In this document: positions 40,808 through 54,596 of the stretch, in pieces
Layout of the letters: every line of letters begins with the position of its first letter
How positions within the stretch are numbered: the stretch's first letter is position 1
DNA from: Octopus vulgaris
Lineage: Eukaryota
Assembly: GCA_951406725.2 (NCBI GenBank)
Contig: OX597822.1
Coordinates: forward strand, 53,196,001-53,260,000
Direction: 5' to 3'
Length of the DNA: 64,000 nt
Notes under the pieces: generated by a model
Databases searched by the model: none
Told to the model about the DNA's origin: nothing
Seen by the model: only the letters and a program-made list of their open reading frames with translations
Program-made: the position numbers and the translations under genes

Positions 40808-42344
40808 TGGTGGTGGTGGTAGTAGTAGTAGTAGTATCTCCACACCTATCATCATTGTTTCATTATTGATTACGTTGTTCGAGGTTTGTGGCAGTTGTGG
40901 TGGTGTGATTGATATCCTCATCATCATCATCATCATTATCATATTATTATTGTCATCATTATTGCTGTTGCTATTACTACCACTACTAATAGTACTAATA
41001 CCACTTCTGTTACTACTACTACTACAACAACTACTACCATGAATGCTACTACTACTACTACAATTACTACCATGAATGCTACTACTACTACTACTACTAT
41101 TACTACTACTACTACTACTACTAGTAATTCTATAATCAAAATATCAGCTTATTTTGTATTGCAAAACTGATATGACAGCTACATTTATGACTTCCGCTTT
41201 TGATCCGATTTTGTGGCAGATTTGAAAGAATTCCAAAACGTAAATCTTTACATGATCTCTGAACATAAAAGCCTTTTTTTCTTTTTACTTTCTTTCTTTT
41301 TGTTTTTGTTGATGTTGTGTGGGAACTTCTGGCGAAGATTTTGATGCTTTCTTGTTGCCAGACAGTTAGTAAGACATGAGCTGTAGACACGATATGTACA
41401 GAGAGTAAGGAGAATGGCTTTCCTCATTAGTGACAACAACCGGAAAGTTTTTTGCAAGAAAAGAAAAACAAACATGAAAGACTTGAGAAGGGAATCGATA
41501 TGAATTGGTATGAACTGTAACAAAAGCAACAACAACACAAGCAACTATAATAACAAGACTAATAACAGCAACGATAATAATAAAAGCATTGATAACAAGA
41601 AAACAACACTTTGTGAAGATGTAATAATATAAGTCTGTAAGAGCAACTAGCAATCAAAATCCGGGTTTATTCGGTAACAATTGGACTGCCATGTTCGGAG
41701 TGTATCGATGTGTCTCGGTGGATATACGATAGGAAAGAAATATATTAAAATTCATGGGGATTTAGTGCATACGTAAATATAGGCTAGGAGTGGGGAGTAG
41801 AAAAAGATCGAGGTGAAGTAATGTCAGGAGAAAGAAGTGAAGAATAAGTGTAGAAGGGAGGTGGATGGAGTAGAGGGGAGTATAAGCGAAAAAGTATATG
41901 GAAAGCAGAAATTGTTGAATCGTAGAACATATACGAAAATTAAACCTGTGTAAGAATATATAATTTGCTTGTCAGTCCATAAACATTCAATCGGGTTTTC
42001 AATACCAAAATTACTTTAGGTCAAGTCTAAATAATATAATCAGATGTAAAATTAATAAAAAGTAATCAATCCTTGTAGTCATAGAGGAAGTCTGTGATCA
42101 CAGGCATTCCAGCCTGGTGATTGAACAAATCTTTGGTCAGGCATGACATCTGTGACTAAAAACGGTGCAGTGTAATCCAATTACAACGTTTTCTTAAAAT
42201 TTAGGATGGTATAGATTGATTCGAGTGGATATGGTTGCTATTTCTAGGAGGATTAGCAAATAGGCAGAATCTCCTTCTTTCTTGAATGATATAGATGGAA
42301 CAGTATATGTAGACACATATTGTATTGATATATGCACACCCACT

Positions 42345-42415
42345 CGCATCAAATCGATGTCTCTGAAGTCTGTCTTTCATCGGACCGAACAGGTAGGAAT
42401 CAGAGAGAATTATTT
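42345..42415 (-). mobile_element. Mariner transposase remnant
   Basis: SDSYLFGPMKDRLQRHRF resembles the mariner PSDYHLF..K..L.G..F motif. Confidence 0.5.
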
Positions 42416-42589
42416 TCGAAACATCCCCCACATACACACACACTCATACACACACACATGCACAAACATACACACGCACGCTAGCACATATATACAAACA
42501 TACATACATACACACACATACATACATACACACACATACATACATACGCACATACATACACACATACATGCATACATTATTTATTTATT

Positions 42590-43170
42590 ATAGCCGTGTT
42601 GCAACCCAAGCTACAGCAACAAAGTTTACTCACCACACTTCTGGGTCCATCTCCACTACCTCGAGGTCCTGGATACGTTCCAGGACAGGCTCTGCAATCA
42701 AATTGTTGATGTAAGCGTGACAATATTTTCCTCTTCTTCCATCACGATGAAGTAGGTTTCACAAGACTAATGTGGATGCTTCCAATTTAGGGTGGCGCAC
42801 ACAGTGACGAGATAGAGGCAGCCGTCTTTGCCTTCTGATCTTCCCGCTAACTTTCGGCAGCTTTAAAAGCATTCATTTTTCATATGTTGCTCTTATTCCA
42901 CATATAGGGCAATTCGCAGTATCCTCCGTCTGTCGCATCCATTTAGCCCGTTTAATAATTTCTAAATTGCATGTTGTTGAAGACTTCAAGTACTTAGGTG
43001 GTTGCGTGAGCAGTTCGGAAGAAAACATCAAGATCAAGAAGGCACAAGCATAGATAGCTGGTCATAAGCTAAAGAAGGTCAGAAACTGCAGACAAATCAT
43101 AACCAAGCTGAACATTGCAACTGTCGAATTAGTGTCATTAAATGCCAGTGAAACATGGATACTGATACAT
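42590..43170. mobile_element. Decayed, rearranged RTE-like fragments
   Basis: VVEDFKYLG..DIKIKKAQA-like stretch on + at ~42970-43050; preceding part appears inverted. Confidence 0.45.
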
Positions 43171-43176
43171 ACATAC

Positions 43177-43218
<42 letters not shown>

Positions 43219-45684
43219 TTATATATAATAATGATATGAATAATATATATACATATATACACACACATACATGTACATGCTGACATGTATACATATATAT
43301 ACATGCATATATGGGTACAGGACGTCAAAGAACATGAACAAAATTAGAAACAAGAGCATAAAAAAAGCATGGAAAACGAATTTTTTTTTTAGAACGAAAG
43401 AAACAAATAGAGAAAAGAGACAGGCGACATAAAGAACATTCCCTTCATCAGTTTTATCTACTCCGCGTTACGAAGGTAAGGACAAGTCGCGACCTCGTTT
43501 AAACAGTCCTTCCCGCAAAGGAGGATTTTTTGTGGAGGATTAAAGTGGTAATAAAAACAGGACAATAAGAACAAAACAGTAAAAACGAACAGTGATGGCT
43601 GTTAAGCCATAACGAGGTGAAGTGGTGAACGCTGGAAAAATGAGATTTGAGAAGAGACAGGTAAAAGCACGTACTGTCTTTAGGAAGGACGTGGAAGAAA
43701 GAAAGATAGATAGCCGTTGGTCATGTGTGAGCAACGAGAGAGTCAAGGAGGAAGAGTGAGAGAGAGAGAGAGAGAGAGAGAAACGGTGAAGGGGACAGGA
43801 GAAGAATTAGAGAAAGGGTGGGAGAGAAAAATAGACTCGGGATGACCCATCGACATCTCGAGCCCCGGCTTCACGGTGGCAGTGGGGACGGTTTCGGTAC
43901 CTTTGGTTACCCTCGTACGAGTGAGATCTGTACCCGTATATGCATGCATATATACATATATATGTAGGCATGTTTTTTTAAACCCGAATTTATCAATTTT
44001 ATTTCCTCGGTGAGAAACTGGCATATCTTTTTCTCTTAGCGTTAATTTCCATCATTTCTGTAGGCTTTCTCTTCCTGTTCTCCTACGTGTCGGTTTTGCT
44101 TTTGCTTGTGGTTCTGGGACCTGGAACAAGTCATACCATAAATCCATTGGTTCTTCTCGCCTCTTTTGGTTTTTGGTATATCTTTTTTTAATTGGTTTAA
44201 ATGCCTTGTGTTCATATTTTGGTCCTTTTGCCATGTATATCACGTTACCCAAACGTCCACTCAGAGTAATCTACTTTTTCAATTGCTTCCATGTCTTCCA
44301 ATCTTTTTAATTCCTTCTCAACTTGATTTAACGCTGCAAAAGGTACATTCCTTTTCGTTTTGAAAACCGGCACTGCATTGTCTTTCAACTCAAACTTTAC
44401 TTTAATTTTTTTACACATACCGAGCTCTTTCGGAAAAATATCAGGGTACATCTTTTTCAATTTTAATTTCATTTTTTCCGATGCTTTCTCTGACACGGAC
44501 TGTGACGCATTCACCTTGTTACATAATGTATTCAGTGATAGATCCCACAGGTCGAATCCCTCCATTAAATCTGTCCCGAACAGATTCATTGTATTCTTAG
44601 ATACCATTAGTTTACATTTCCGCGTCCTGTTTTTAAGTTTTAGTTCTGATGAAATTTCGCCCAAGAATTGAACTCGTTCCCCTGACACACCGTAGGCTAT
44701 CCTAGTAGTTTTTTTTATACAACGGCCTGCCTATCTTAATCCATGTTGCCGTATTTATTATCAATACATCTGAACCGGTATCTAATTGCATTTTGGTCTG
44801 AATTTTGGTCTGAATACACTTGAAACACGTTTTATCTTTAAAGGGGCAATCTTTCCTAAAATGTCGATCTCCGCAACCATAGCACCGTTTTGAATTTAAA
44901 TTTTTCCTTCTGTCTTTAGTTTCTTTACACATTTGTACATTATTATTCTTGTCTTCTATCTTTCTTGTATCATCTCGAAGGTTTATTATTTGTTGGCATT
45001 CCTCAGCCACATTCTGCTAAGTGAGTTTCACATCTTCATTCAACTTTGATAATATTCTTTTTCTAATTTCCGCGTCTTCCGTTGCCACTAGCCCTTTAAC
45101 GAATATTAGACACTTGAACATATCTGGCGTTAATTCTTCCAGCTTAAACCTTTCGCAAGCCTTAGTAACCAACCGGTATATGTTACAAAATCATCGGATT
45201 CGTTTTTCTTTAAATTTAAACATTCCAGTCGAATGTTAAATTGCGAACTTTTCTCGCTAAAAATAGTCAAAATATTTATCGTTTCATCAAAACACAATTC
45301 CGCGGGCTTTCTCGGCAAAATAAAGTTACAAAATCTTTTGTGTTCCGGATTAGCAAGCTTTCCCAAAAGGAGATTTCCTTTCACTAGACCACCCCTTACA
45401 TTCCTCTCGGAATATGTCCTCGTATCGTCTGTAATAAGCAGCAAAAGTAGTTCCTTCATCCGGATTGTAGTGAAATTCTTCTATGGAATTTGCAACACCA
45501 TCTGCTGAAAGTGATTCTGTCGTATTTCTCGACTGCAGTAACAATTCTGTTAACTTCTGTAGTTGCTGCTGCTGCTCTTGTTGTTTTACAATTGCTTTCA
45601 GTAACTCTTCCATTTCGGTACTATTCGAAACCTCGTCGCCACTGTTATATCGCAATACTACACAGTGGCTGTGTGAGTTCCGAA

Positions 45685-45697
45685 ATCCTCGTCGCCA
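45685..45697 (-). promoter_or_regulatory. Primer binding site TGGCGACGAGGAT (probably tRNA-Ser)
   Basis: Follows the LTR end ...AACA-G; complementary to a tRNA 3' end AUCCUCGUCGCCA. Confidence 0.75.
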
Positions 45698-45698
45698 C

Positions 45699-45809
45699 TG
45701 TTATGTCGCACGTTCGGATGACCTCTATTCAACTCGACTCGGTTCTTCTCTATTCTATATCTACGTATTGGGCTAGCCTAGTTCATCGTCTGGGGGCGTC
45801 CACACAACA
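45699..45809 (-). repeat. Putative short 5' LTR (~111 bp)
   Basis: TGTT...AACA termini adjacent to the PBS; no second LTR available to confirm. Confidence 0.5.
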
Positions 45810-47073
45810 TTTTTGAAAATATCCCCGCTTCGCATATGGAACTGGTTTCAATTGCCATTTAGTAGTTGCGTTCTTGTTTCACATCGTCATCATATGTTGA
45901 TAATACAGATACTCCTGATAGGAGTTGAGGAGGAACAGATTATAGAGAATATGTATATTATGTAGAGAAAGAAGGGTTTAACGAATTCGTAATTAAGAGA
46001 ATTTGGTTAAATTTCAGCGATAATATATATTAACCAGACCCTAAAAGATGTGTTTAGTCGCTTGACTTCTTTAAAGTAACAGTCAAAATTTACTGCAAAG
46101 CGAATGTTAAAATGTAAAATTTCCTTCCTAAAGATATAATAATTCTTTATTTGTTTCTGGTTTCTTTCTATTCACCTATTAAAGCCAAAATGATGCTGGA
46201 GCGCTGCCTTGGTAAAGCCTGTTCTGTGACATTTACAGTTTGTACTTGGAATTTGTGATGATAGCGAATGAGTAAAATGTGAAATTCTAATATGAGATGT
46301 TCTGATTTAATATGAGCAACTTTTTCAGCCGTCGCTTGTAAAAGAATGTAGCATAGGAGCATGTATTGTGCTTTCGTTAATTATTTAAGGTGTTGATGTA
46401 GTCGGGCGCAGGCTTAGAATTCTCTTGATCCTATCATTCATGGCTCATTGGCATATGTAGGATATAACAGCTTCCAAGTACCCGGACCGGTAGACTATCC
46501 AACATAAGCTGGTGATTTACAGAAGGAATAAACGCGCCGCTCGCTCTATGAATCGAGCCACAACCTTGTTGACCTGAACCAGACACCCTAACTATAATCC
46601 ACGCCTCCTCACAAAGTGGATTCTTTATTTAACGCAGAATACTCAAATACGACCAAACTTAATTTCTTTATTCTTTCATTTAAAATGTATCAAACTAATT
46701 TAAACTTATGTTCTTCAGTTCTTTAGTTTGTTTTAGACATCAAGGTCATGCTGGACCCATTACCTTTATTTATTTTATCATAATGTTCGTAAGATGTTGT
46801 TATTATTATTTAAACCAAAGTCAGCCTTCATCGAGAAGACATGAGGTCAAAATTGTTTAAGTATTGACAATCTCTTTTCTTTGAGTATTAAGGACTACAA
46901 TGTCACCATTTCCTTGCTTTATAATATGGTCGAATATCAGCTAAAGATGATTTGACCCCTATTTCTAATGAGACGAGTAACCACATACAAGCTGCTTCAT
47001 TGATTTGTAGAACATATGCGAAAATTAAACTTGTGTAAGAACACACACACACACACACACACAGACACACACA

Positions 47074-47149
<76 letters not shown>

Positions 47150-47944
47150 CCTGTCAATCCCACAAACATTATCTCTAGTTTTCTGTAGCAAAATTACTTT
47201 AGGTCAAGTCTAAATAATATAATTATGCGTAAAATGAATTAATCCCTGTGGTCAACATAAATTTTATGTGCACTTACTGTCAAACATTCATTACTCATAT
47301 TAGATTGTGAACAATTTAATTCAATATTGGCTTATGCTACATTAGCGAGAATGAGATATCTGTGAAAATTATGATACTTTAGTTGTCATGTTCTTAAGAT
47401 TGCTCAGGGTATTTAAATTCAAAGTTACTTCAGAGAATATATTTGTTCTTTCACAAATTTAAATATTTAATCTTCACTGACAAGCCAATTAATTGACATG
47501 CATGATCTCAGAGTAATTTAAACTCTTTAAATGACTATTAGTCATATAGAACAAGCTTTATGAATTTAAGAAATACACCCGTATCTTCCGCTTGATTTAT
47601 AGATTACTGAGTTAATAATCTTGTCGCTTGCAGGTTAAATTACTTAATCACAAACATAGGTACATTTGTTAAATGTCGTCAAAGTGGCTTGAAGTTGCAG
47701 AAAAGTAGCTGTTAACAGACTAATTTTGAAAAGATCTTAATAGACAGCCATTAATCTTTTTGAACTATGAAGCTTTGTACTGTTGGATGTCATGTCGAAG
47801 TCATATCCTGCATCGCATTCATAGATGAAGCTGGAGTGTTCTTTCACAAATTACAGAATGAAGAAGCATATGAACTGATGTTAGTTCCGCATTATACAAC
47901 TTTTATTAATGTAACTTCAGCAAGAGAAGGGCAGACTTTGGTGT

Positions 47945-47982
<38 letters not shown>

Positions 47983-49566
47983 TGAGGAGTTATCTATTTA
48001 TATGTGTGTGTGTGTGTGTGCGGGCGCGCGTGTGTGAGTATATGTGTGTGTGTATGTGGTGATCTTTTGTGTGTGAGTTAACTCGGTGTACTCATTTGAA
48101 ACATCATAACATTTTAATCATCATTTGTATAACACTAAAGTCTACATACCGTTAGAAGACATGATGCTATCGAATTCTTTGAGATAAAATCTTTTTATAG
48201 ATTTGTGTTAAAAACAATATATATCGGAGCGGGACGAACATCATCGCTGCAGTGACATACGAGAATGGCAGACGCGTTTCGCTTTAGTTGAGGTTCGTCA
48301 GTGCTGACTGTAACCTGCTTAACGAAACATGTTTCGCTTCGACGCACATTGTTTTCAACATAACAAGTCTATCAAGAGATTGTTTTGTCTCAGTTAATTC
48401 AGTGGCATCTTGCTTTCTAACAGTGTATAAACCGTTAGAATGATACAGATAGAAATACACACACGCACACACACATACACACAAAGAAACACACACGTGT
48501 GTGTGTATATGTGTATGCGTGCATGTGTATATATATGTATGTGTGTATGTGTGTATGTGTTTGTATGTGTGTGTATGTGTTTGTATGTGTGTGTATGTGT
48601 GTGTGTGTGTCTTTTACTATTCAAGGAGAGATTCAAATACCTATATACTCTCTTCCTCCTCCGCCTACATGTAAAGAGGTATGTTCAGTTTACGCTTGTG
48701 TTTTTCTTTAATAAGTTTATATTTTAGTTTAGAAGGTGATTGAAATTAGTTGCTATCTGCGCCATGAGCCGAATACTAAATCATCGTTTCTACTGCCTTG
48801 ATATGCGAAAAATAAACGTACATTTTAAATACCGACTTATTATATCTGCAAGTTGCCATGTTGTCTTCCATACTTAATGTCTTTAGTAGAATCTGCAAAT
48901 TAAAATGTGATATATCTTATTTCTACTTCCGTTTCCTGAAGCAACAGAGATATCAGCTATAATTTGACATATCATCGTACAACATTAATAAATTGTGAAT
49001 CATTAAATACTATGTTGGCAGACATTTTGACATAAAAAAACAATCTTTCTACACATGATAGATTGAAGACATAAATCAGATCTTGTGATATATTTGTTGA
49101 GAAAAGCAACCAATAAATGCTTTGTTTCCTTAATTCCATTATATGTAACAAATGAAATTAAGATTTCCATTCCATATTAAAGGTATATTCATAAGAAAGA
49201 TGATTTATTAATGTCAACAAACAATAATAACTTACCGTTTCATCTTAAACATACTAACTTCTATTTATTTATCTATGCCCTGTGCGATGAATAAAGCCAA
49301 ATGTTTGATAAGAGATAAACGAATGGTCAAATGTATTGATGTATTTTTTCAAGGAAGTAAATATAAGATTATATCAACCTCCAATTTAACATTGTATTGG
49401 TACTTGCGTTATCGACTGCGTACGAATGAAATGTAAAGTCGAACTAGAGGGAATTTAATTTCCGAACATAAAAGGCCGTAACTAAATATCACATGACATT
49501 CTCTTACATGCTCTAACGATTCTGAGATGACACTGCATCTATCATATTTAATTTTTTTTTATTATT

Positions 49567-49870
49567 TATGCACCCTTTTCAAGCATAACCAGGCTCATGG
49601 GCCCGGTTTCCCAGTTTCTGTGACATATGTCTTCCCCCCTGCTGGACGGGACACCAGTCCACCGCAACGTTACTCAAGAAACAGGAAGAAAGAGTGAGAG
49701 AAAGTTGTGACGAAAGAGTACAACAGGAGTTGCCACTACCCCCTGCCGGAGCCTCATAGAGCTTTAGGTGCTTTTGTTCAATGAACACAGACAAAGACCG
49801 GTCTGGGTATCGAAACCGCGATCCTCCGATCAGGAGTCCGCTGCCCTAACCACTGGGCCATTGCGCCTCC
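49567..49870 (-). mobile_element. SINE family C
   Basis: Matches 37298-37602. Confidence 0.85.
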
Positions 49871-51556
49871 ACTATCATATTTATACCCTCAGAAATCATA
49901 CTGTTCCTAAAATTGACGTTAGATCTTATAATCTCAAATTAACTTTTACAACCAAGTCTATCAAATGATATTCACTTTATATCTCATTAGTTATCAAATT
50001 AATAAATTAGTTGCTGCAGTAAATGACAAGACTAATGATGCTATCTGTTAGAAAAATGTGATACAAATCATTCTGTTATTTATTTTCTTTCTGAAAGAAG
50101 AATTTTGGACAAAATCTTCATTCTCGTGGCGTGAAATTTACTCCTGTGTATGTGTGTATGTGTGTGTATGTGTGTGTATGTGTGTGTGTGTGTCTTTTAT
50201 TATTCAAGGAGAGATTCAAATACCTATATACTCTCTTCCTCCTCCGTCTACATGTATTAATTAAAACTTAGCTGATTTACCTTTTCAAGAACATATGGAC
50301 TACCATCTGTTCCCTACATAATAGCTCAGTTGAGAGAAGATTTCTCTGTGACTTATATCTAAAACTTAACAGAAGTAGAAGTACGCTCCAATATGGTGTA
50401 GATAGAATACAAATAATTTATTTTCTATATATATCTGCAATAGTATTCGTTGTTTTATGTTAGTAGCTAGAAAACAAGCACGAATTTAAAATAAACTTTT
50501 ACATTTGTGGTGTATTTATAGCTTGTGTGGAAATCTAACCTATCTAGATTGCAACTGTAATGTAAATATCATACTGTGTATTCTATGAATATTTTATGAA
50601 ATTGGTTGCTCGAAGAAAATGTCTTGGTTTGTTCCAATAACTAAATTCTATGTTCTTTTCTTTCTCTTCTCCTGTTCCAATAATCTTGTCGCCAATCTTT
50701 GAAGTAGCAGCAAGTGTAGTATTTATAGTATGTTAAACAGTCAAGCAACAAACCTTTTTCCTTCCCTATTCTCCTTTATCTCAGTATTGTAAACCACTGC
50801 TACAATTAATTCCAGTTCGAGAAATTTACATTTTCCAATTTGATGTATAATCACTCTGACTCTGATTCTGAGAAAGCTATCGGCCAAATATCACACACTG
50901 GCTCATTAGATCGTTTTATATTTGTTGGGAAAAGATTAAATGAATATATTAAATTCTACCAATAACAGAAGATCGTTTAATTGACGAGGCAATGATTTAA
51001 ATTTATTGCTTCTCAAATTTTCGATTTTTGTTCTTTCTTTATATTTTCAACGCAATCTGATGTAGTCAAATAGCTTATCTTCTACACACGTATGGGATTC
51101 TATGAAATCCATTTAAAAATAATGAAGCAATTGTCAAAACAAAAGAGACTTTGATAAATTGAAATATAGAGAGTGAGAGTGAAGAAGTTTGTTTTAATAC
51201 TTCTCTCTTGCTAACATTGCTATGATAAACGATTGGTTAGAAAATGTACTTGAGATGGGATCACGTTCTATTTGATCGATGGGCTATCATTAATGATTTG
51301 TTTCCTTTCGAAAACTGCGATTAACACATTATAAAATCGTCACTACATAAAATAACATGAATAAGTAAATTACCGATAATATTTTAGCGTTAATAATGTT
51401 TAAATCGTTGAAAAAAAAAACGCATGCAGTCATTAGTAAAAAGAAAACGTCAAGATGAAGGAATCAACAATTTTATCACAGACATTGTGCTTAATTTATT
51501 TCTATACAATTTCAATGGTTTAAAAATAAATACAATTGGAAAACTATTCGATATAC

Positions 51557-51790
51557 ACGCAGGTATGGCAATGTAGTTAAGAAGCCAGCTCCGCAATTAC
51601 AGGGTTTCGGATTCAGTCCATGTCTTCTACTATAGCTCTCGACTGGCTTATGCCTTGTGAGTCAGTTTGGCAAACGGTAATTATATGGAAGCCCATCACC
51701 GTAGTTCGTCAAAAGAGACCGATAGAATATATACCAGACTTTAAAAATATATGCACTAGGTCGATTTGTTCAACTAAAAACTTCAAGGCA
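51557..51790 (+). mobile_element. Degenerate SINE family A
   Basis: TGTCTTCTACTATAGC and AAAAGAGACCGATAGAAT motifs. Confidence 0.6.
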
Positions 51791-52139
51791 TGAGATGGAT
51801 AGTTTTAAATATGTCATCAAAGATAATAGATCACTATTAAGCTATCCGGTATCACTACATATACTTGCTACTCTTCTTTCGAATATTATGTCTACCTCCC
51901 CTCCAACTGATTGAAGCAAATTCCAACAGCTCTACGCCAGCTCTAGGCTGGCAACTGCACAGAGATATTTAGCTTCACTCCGGACCGATCAGATACAAGC
52001 GAGTATTGATATGCATACATTGATGTATGTGTAAAGATGTATATATGTATGTACAAGTTAATAGTATTGAATTAAATATCGGAATAATAAAGCCAAGTGA
52101 AAACATTGATTTGAAGCTAATTATTAAGAAAAAACGAGT

Positions 52140-52298
52140 ACAACCGCCCCAGTAATCAACTGGTATTTACTTTGTCGATCCCAAACGAATGGAAAGCAAC
52201 GTTGACCTCAGTGGAATTAGAAATCAGAACGTAATGTCAGACAAAATTCCATTAAGCATTTTATCCGGTGCGGTAACGACTCTGCTAGCTCATCGCCC
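52140..52298 (-). mobile_element. Degenerate SINE family B
   Basis: AACTGGTA..TCGATCCC..TCAGAACGTAA. Confidence 0.6.
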
Positions 52299-52493
52299 TT
52301 GACGTCATAAAAAATGTAACCATTGATGCCCAGCGGCTACACATCAAATTCTTTGAATGACGTCAGCAAAGATCAGATAAATTGTGTTCTTTGGAATCTG
52401 ATCAAAAAAACTTACAGATGTTATTTATAACTTCAATAGAAATCTGTCGAACCAGATTTGTTGTTCGTAATCAAGAATAGGTGATATACTTAC

Positions 52494-52644
52494 TCGTAAT
52501 GCGGACAAACCTCGAAATGATAAGCTGTTCAGTAAGCAGCCAGATAATACTTGTAGTCAGTGAGGAGACGGGGAGACAAGATGCATGCGGTTGACAAATA
52601 AAGACAATAAAAGCAGTTAGTTTGAAGCGTGAGTAACGAAGCAT
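52494..52644 (-). CDS. Candidate first coding exon with a signal-peptide-like N-terminus (unverified)
   Basis: MLRYSRFKLTAFIVFICQPHASCLP..., donor GA|GTAAGT after 52494 and polypyrimidine acceptor TTTTTTAG before 52765; no homology recognised. Confidence 0.2.
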
Positions 52645-53436
52645 GACGGCCAACAAAACCCTTCTATTTTGACACCTTGGCTGCCAGAAAAAATATGAAT
52701 GCTAACACTGACTAACCACTCCAGTTGATCAGCATTCATCCCCACACGGAAAACTCCTTCTTTATCTAAAAAACAAAACGATTTTAAATGATAATATGAA
52801 ATGAACACTGTGTTGTTCTTTACTTTCATTACAATGCAACAAATTCGTTATTGTAAAGCACCCGCTAAACACCTCTAGGAAACCCTCTCTCTTAACATAT
52901 TCTACATTTTGTATACCACCATATACCACACTCTGCGCATGCATCCCGAGAGTAATCACTAAAAAATAAAAGGTATGACTTATCCTGATTATGGAGATCG
53001 CCTTGAAACGCTGAAACTTTATTCTTTCCAGCAATGCCTTGAGCGCTGCATCTTTTACAAAATGCAGTGAATATACGGTGAGAATTTCCTGAACGACCTA
53101 AACGTCAGATTCAGAATTTATCCAAGGTTGGTACCACGTGCCATACACTCCTTATACAATTCACGCTGACAACACAAATTCACTGCAACGCTATTTCTTT
53201 CTGTTAACAGGCCCTGGTCTATTTAACATTATCCCCAAATAAATCATACAAAACGATCCTGCCATCTTCAAATGATAGCTGGATACCAGAGGGGTACCAG
53301 ATAAGCCACATATAACTAGATACATCGCAGTTAACAACTCCCTACTTGATTAAGCGTATACAATCTGACAGATCCTAGCAGGTGGTGCCATTAAGTTAGA
53401 TATGCCTGGGCCAGTCTTTGGCTGAAAACATATCTG

Positions 53437-53515
<79 letters not shown>

Positions 53516-53572
53516 ATTGTCTTTTAAAGAAAGCTAAAATATAAATACTACAACTACTACTACTACTACTAC

Positions 53573-53680
<108 letters not shown>

Positions 53681-53684
53681 GAAC

Positions 53685-53835
53685 AACATCGAAAAATAAC
53701 CTTGGGAAAGAGAACTCTCGTTCGAAATTTCCCCAAGACACCTGATGAAGGCTGGAGGGTATATCAGCCGAAACGTTGTGTTTACAACAAACAAGATGAC
53801 AAATATCCGTCAAATGTAAATAATGTAAATAATGA
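53685..53835 (+). mobile_element. HHR module of the 13641 SINE family, preceded by (AAT)n, head missing
   Basis: Matches 13850-14000. Confidence 0.8.
53736..53783 (+). ncRNA. Minimal type I hammerhead ribozyme
   Basis: Stem I AGACAC/GTGTTT, CTGATGA, stem II GGCTG/CAGCC, GAAAC-GTT (palindromic AACGTT). Confidence 0.8.
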
Positions 53836-54480
53836 TTAAAATATTGTGTTTAACAGAAGAGAAAATAGAAACATTCTTTCTACTATAATAATAGTCTTGT
53901 GTTTTTCGCCGTCACAACATATCAATGAGAAAGGAAGGGGTGATAGATGAATAAGGCAGGAAGGGGGGATGGTAAAACGTGAATGTTTATATGTGTGAGT
54001 GAACACTCAACGCTGAAAAGAAAAATCAAATAGCGTTTCAACTCTGTGTGAGTATATTTGTATATGTGTGTGCGCGTAAAAGAGAAGTATGTGAATGTTT
54101 ATATGTGTGATTACTATGTACTTTATTTATATATAAAATACTACAATTAGCCGTCATTTTTGACAGCGTGGGACCAGCTAGTTTTTTGTAAAAATTAAAT
54201 CGTATTTTTTCGTTAAGTCAGTGTCAAATCGAAAGATAAGAGTTTCTTCCCTTTCAGTATAGAGATTATTTTCGGAGATTTTTCCATTATGCACCGTTTT
54301 GGGTAGTTATACACGGAAGATGCCAAATATCTCCGCAACCATTTATCCGATTTACACGAAATTTGTTTCATTCCGTACATATTTACATTTCAGGGGAGAT
54401 TAATTCAAAGTGTTTTCTCATTATGCGCCACTTTGGCTGGGTAACAATGCAAGCCAACAAGATTCAATCTGACTTTTAAT

Positions 54481-54518
<38 letters not shown>

Positions 54519-54563
54519 ATATATATATGGGGAGGTGTATGTGTATGTGTGCGTGTGTGTGTG

Positions 54564-54596
<33 letters not shown>

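Larger units (their letters stand above)
43975..45809 (-). mobile_element. Internally deleted Ty3/Gypsy LTR retrotransposon
   Basis: gag (FHYNPDEGTTFAAYYRRYED; CYGCGDRHFRKDC), protease LDTGSD, RT start RNVPFA..VEKELKRL..VDYSEW joined at ~44250 to an integrase-tail-like segment; PBS and one LTR. Confidence 0.9.

Noticed and set aside
46184-46210. Possible 27 nt micro-exon (AG...GTAAAG)
   Set aside because: Splice-like signals only; no recognisable product
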